Below, piece by piece: positions 61,669 through 64,000 of a stretch of DNA of 64,000 nt. The DNA comes from Octopus sinensis (Eukaryota), in the NCBI RefSeq assembly GCF_006345805.1, contig NC_043002.1:33542001-33606000 (forward strand), in the 5' to 3' direction. The notes beneath the pieces are model-generated. The model did not search any database and was not told the origin of the DNA. It saw only the letters and a program-made list of their open reading frames with translations. Made by a program: the position numbers and the translations under genes. Each line of letters opens with the position of its first letter. Position 1 is the first letter of the stretch.

Positions 61669-62553
61669 TATACTCTAAGCACAAAGCCTGGTGTCTTGGG
61701 GGAGGAGGAATTAGTTGATTATATTGACCCTAGTGTGCAACTGGTACTTATTTCATCGACCCTGAAAGGATTAGAAGCAAAATTGGCCCCGACGGAATTT
61801 GAATTCAGAACTTAAAGACGGACGAAATGTCGCTAAGCATGTTGTTCGGCGTGGTAACGATTCTGCCAGCTCACCGTTATTTTCTTTTATTTGCCATTAG
61901 GGAGGCGGTTGAATGTGACAATTACAAAGACGAAGTGTGATTTACATAGAAAATCTTATCAGGAATCGAAATAACATAAAATATGGTGAGCATTTTTCAG
62001 ATAGGTTAGAACGTCAGATTAGAACGCTTTGTGGTATTTACATGGGTCTCTTCGCTCTAAGCCCAAATACCGTCAAGGTGTTACTACGATTCCAGAGTTT
62101 ACTCTTTAAACTGTTAACACATTCTGTTATGCGTTTCAGCCCTAAGGCTGTGGCCATGCTGGGGCATCGCCAAAGGAAATTCAATCATCGATCCTCAGTT
62201 CCGAACACAAGAAAAATTGTTATCAGAGTATTTGGACTCAAGGTAAAAAAAAAAAAGAAGAAATAAATTAACTTACTCCCAGTATTCTTCAACAGATGAC
62301 GACAGTGCCAGAGATGAAGATACATTAACATCCTTCGTTGAATTCAGCATCGAGTCTAAAGTGGAATTACTTTGAGAAATTTTCGTCAAGGAAATTGATT
62401 CATAGCAACGATGTGTGTTCCAGGGGTTGTTACATTTACTCCAAGCTAATGTAGGGTGCATGGAACTATACAGATAGTATAAGACCCAGGCTATGATCAC
62501 ATTGTAGTACACACTAGTGATGGCACATATAATAATCATTCCAGCACCTATAC
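41014..62553 (-). CDS. SLC6/NSS Na+-dependent amino acid/neurotransmitter transporter, 5'-partial (11 exons, TM3 to C-terminus; TM1-2 exons lie beyond position 64000)
   Basis: Manually spliced exons 62553-62277, 60274-60142, 57142-57008, 53525-53422, 51778-51654, 51059-50947, 48279-48148, 44655-44556, 42541-42441, 42049-41879, 41130-41014. They total 1508 nt = 2 + 502 codons, with all junctions GT-AG and phase-compatible. SLC6 motifs: GIGx[10 protein letters not shown], Wxx[27 protein letters not shown], SSYNxFx[28 protein letters not shown]. Confidence 0.95.
41879..42049 (-). CDS. SLC6 exon (TM11-TM12): [57 protein letters not shown]
   Basis: 171 nt; acceptor gtattacag, donor gtaagt. Confidence 0.92.
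42441..42541 (-). CDS. SLC6 exon (IL5/TM11): [33 protein letters not shown]
   Basis: 101 nt; acceptor attttgtag, donor gtaagt. Confidence 0.93.
42620..44160 (-). mobile_element. Tigger/pogo transposase remnant in an SLC6 intron
   Basis: Frameshifted [23 protein letters not shown] and ENLSNE motifs; boundaries approximate. Confidence 0.8.
44556..44655 (-). CDS. SLC6 exon (TM10): [33 protein letters not shown](G)
   Basis: 100 nt; acceptor tatttctag, donor gtaaga. Confidence 0.95.
45640..46700 (+). repeat. Cluster of about five nested/tandem SINE-A copies (45704-46495) within a degenerate 'atatttaaggc' minisatellite
   Basis: Repeated aaggcggcgagctggcagaaacgttagcacgccg heads and gaggtcgactttgcc cores; flanking ~50-bp units share ttaaggcag...tttcaga..tagaact.tgagg..tgttata. 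Confidence 0.85.
48148..48279 (-). CDS. SLC6 exon (TM8 end/TM9): [44 protein letters not shown]
   Basis: 132 nt; acceptor ctctttcag, donor gtaaga; not in ORF track. Confidence 0.92.
48520..48725. repeat. Head-to-head inverted pair of SINE-B 3' ends
   Basis: Left arm ~48522-48599 is the approximate reverse complement of right arm ~48629-48709. Confidence 0.8.
48975..50273 (-). mobile_element. Second copy of the same mariner family, in an SLC6 intron, defective
   Basis: TA TSDs; same TIRs; transposase split over ORFs 49849-50106, 49604-49867 and 49241-49588. Confidence 0.97.
50403..50582 (+). mobile_element. tRNA-derived SINE family C, 3'-truncated
   Basis: gaggcgcaatgtcccagtggttagggcagcggactcg...ggtttcgattcc; reverse complement of the copy at 54035-54345. 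Confidence 0.8.
50947..51059 (-). CDS. SLC6 exon (EL4/TM8): [37 protein letters not shown]
   Basis: 113 nt; acceptor ttttgccag, donor gtacgt. Confidence 0.95.
51140..51590 (-). mobile_element. Two SINE-A copies
   Basis: Reverse complement of the SINE-A core (ttttatcgaccccgaaaggatgaaagg...tttgaactcaga...acgattctg.cagctcg). Confidence 0.85.
51654..51778 (-). CDS. SLC6 exon (TM7): [41 protein letters not shown](G)
   Basis: 125 nt; acceptor cgttacag, donor gtacat; not in ORF track. Confidence 0.93.
52351..52560 (+). mobile_element. SINE-A copy
   Basis: aaggcgacgaactggcagaatcgtt...gaggtcgactttgcctttcatcc. Confidence 0.9.
53422..53525 (-). CDS. SLC6 exon (TM6): [34 protein letters not shown](R)
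   Basis: 104 nt; acceptor ttttttcaag, donor gtaata; not in ORF track. Confidence 0.93.
54035..54345 (-). mobile_element. tRNA-derived SINE family C
   Basis: gattcgaacccgcgatccctcgaccacgagtccgctgctctaaccactagg is an antisense tRNA-like head. Confidence 0.85.
56368..56640 (+). mobile_element. Two degenerate SINE-A copies
   Basis: ccaccgaggttgattctgccg... and aggcggcgagctggcagg... motifs. Confidence 0.8.
57008..57142 (-). CDS. SLC6 exon (TM5): [45 protein letters not shown]
   Basis: 135 nt; acceptor gcacag, donor gtaagt. Confidence 0.95.
57788..57823 (+). ncRNA. Hammerhead-like motif (A6U variant) in a Penelope-type repeat (~57730-57910)
   Basis: CUUU-CUGUGGA-A-GAGC-guag-GCUC-GAAA-CGUU-AAAG. 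Confidence 0.6.
57990..58202 (+). mobile_element. SINE family B, 3' half
   Basis: tgtttgtccccccaacatcgcttgacaaccgatg...tgactgaaacaagtaaaagagtaaaagag. Confidence 0.85.
58215..59730 (-). mobile_element. Tc1-like transposon with long (>100 bp) imperfect inverted repeats
   Basis: [30 protein letters not shown] remnants; IR ~58257-58380 vs ~59598-59712. Confidence 0.88.
60142..60274 (-). CDS. SLC6 exon (EL2/TM4): [44 protein letters not shown]
   Basis: 133 nt; acceptor gatgtag, donor gtaagt; not in ORF track. Confidence 0.93.
60301..60531 (-). mobile_element. Young SINE-A copy, ending about 27 nt from an SLC6 splice acceptor
   Basis: Near-consensus reverse complement ending cagctcgccgcctt. Confidence 0.92.
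60533..60822. repeat. Compound pentanucleotide satellite (ATATG)n-(ATATA)n-(AATGT)n
   Basis: Direct reading. Confidence 0.95.
61283..61877 (-). mobile_element. Two SINE-A copies separated by (AAT)n
   Basis: Reverse-complement SINE cores at about 61283-61452 and 61672-61877. Confidence 0.85.
62277..62553 (-). CDS. SLC6 exon (TM3/EL2): (G)[22 protein letters not shown]...[13 protein letters not shown]...VEEYW(E)
   Basis: 277 nt; acceptor ttttatcttgcag, donor gtaagt; overlaps ORF 62273..62539. Confidence 0.95.
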
Positions 62554-62746
62554 CTGCAAGATAAAAAAAAGCACGGTAGTGCGAATATAGAGTTTGTGGA
62601 GTTAAATGTCTTGCAAACAGAACAATATGAGATTAGTTGTTACTGGTTACAATGCTTAACTGCACCGTGCCGTGGGATCAGAGAAGACAGATTGTTAGAA
62701 AGATGCACAAATACATTGACATATAGATAGATAGAGAGATATGAAT

Positions 62747-62783
<37 letters not shown>

Positions 62784-62794
62784 AGGTAAATACT

Positions 62795-62824
<30 letters not shown>

Positions 62825-62831
<7 letters not shown>

Positions 62832-63475
62832 AAGTATTTACCGACCAATCCCATCGAAACAAATCTCTCCTGGTTTCTTCGGTAGAATATAATTACTATA
62901 TTTTTCGTGTTCGGCAAGGGATAACTTTCTTAAAATTAATCATACATTTTTCTCGTCGGACCAACTTTTACACCCTTCTTTGAAGAATTCTTCGTATCTA
63001 TAAAAATATGCAGAGACCGTAGTACCTTCTGGTTTATAGCCGAATTTTTCAATTGAGCTTGCTATGCTGTCTGGCAAGTACGAACCTGAAATATTCTCAG
63101 ACTCCTTCAACATTAATTCCAGTAACTGTTGGTTTTGGTGCTGCTGCTGCAATTGCTACTGTTTTGCTCACAACGACCAATAGGTTATCCATGTTAAACG
63201 AATTTTCCTTTGGTTTCATACCAAAAATAAATTTTAAACGTACGACTCAAGCTTCAAACAACTCGTCGCCACTTTTATATCCTTCTATTGGATATATAAT
63301 ATAACGAAGAAGTGGGGAATAAAGTGTATTCCCGACACACTACTATTACTATTACATGAGATTCAAAGCTCTATATCAAAAGCCACAGTGAACTGCTACC
63401 AACACGAACTGCCAATCGCTCAGTTCTTTAATCTATAACAACGAGTCAGTCTACCTTTAGTTACTTCAGTTAACA
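62825..63475 (-). mobile_element. Ty3/gypsy LTR-retrotransposon remnant: putative LTR, PBS and gag N-terminus
   Basis: TGTTA start at 63475; TGGCGACGAG PBS-like motif near 63262-63272; IEKFGYKPE...YF.RYEEFF..GC..W.DE..V*LILRKL...EH..Y.NYILPKKP. Confidence 0.7.
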
Positions 63476-63500
63476 GTGTGTGTGTATGTGTGTGTGCAGT

Positions 63501-63815
63501 GAGGGCGCGTGGCTTAGGCATTCGGCTCATGATCGTAAGGTTGTGAGTTCGATTCCCGGCGACGCGTTGTGTCCTTGAGCAAGACACTTTATTTCACGTT
63601 GCTCCAGTCCACTCAGCTGGCAAAAATGAGTTGTACTTTGTATTTCAAAGGGTCAGCCTTGTCACTCTCTGTGTCACGCTGATTATCCCCGAGAACTACG
63701 TTAAGGGTACACGTGTTTGTGGAATGCTCAGCCATTTGCACGTTAATTTCACGAGCAAGCTGTTCCGTTGATCGTATCAGCTGGGACCCTCGTCGTCGTA
63801 ACCGGCGGAGTCTTT
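63501..63815 (+). mobile_element. tRNA-derived SINE (family C-related head)
   Basis: gagggcgcgtggcttag...gagttcgattcccggcgacgcgttgtgtccttgagcaagacac. Confidence 0.8.
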
Positions 63816-64000
63816 TAAATGTGTGTGTGCATGCGTGTGTGTGTGTACATTTTCAAAAAATAGGAAGGACATATCGAATAATGTAGTTCACTACCTTAAA
63901 AGAATATGAAATGGTAGCAATTGGAATGTCTTTGAACATATGTCTTTTTTTTTTCATCAGACTTGATCTTGCTCTAATTAGTTACAAAAATAATAGCAAC

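Overview
AT-rich, repeat-dense metazoan DNA. The SINE families, microsatellite load and gene types point to a cephalopod, probably an octopus (inferred from repeat motifs I recall; no search was run). Two protein-coding genes are supported, both on the minus strand. (1) The 3' 11 exons of an SLC6 (neurotransmitter:sodium symporter) gene, 62553->41014. All introns are GT-AG and phases chain into one 501-aa open frame; the TM1-TM2 exons lie beyond the window. Its predicted substrate pocket is atypical. (2) A single-coding-exon class A GPCR, 19328->16257 (about 1023 aa), with a signal peptide and a ~740-aa N-terminal region. A ~66-codon antisense SINE is embedded in frame in that region, which is the most striking observation here. 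The rest is a TE graveyard: several Tc1/mariner and pogo/Tigger elements, R4/Dong-like RLE LINEs stacked in (TAA)n and (CATA)n tracts, RTE fragments, Penelope-like elements, a gypsy gag remnant, three SINE families and many microsatellites. Two near-canonical and two or three decayed minimal hammerhead-ribozyme motifs are associated with Penelope-type repeats. No rRNA, functional tRNA or CRISPR array is supported.
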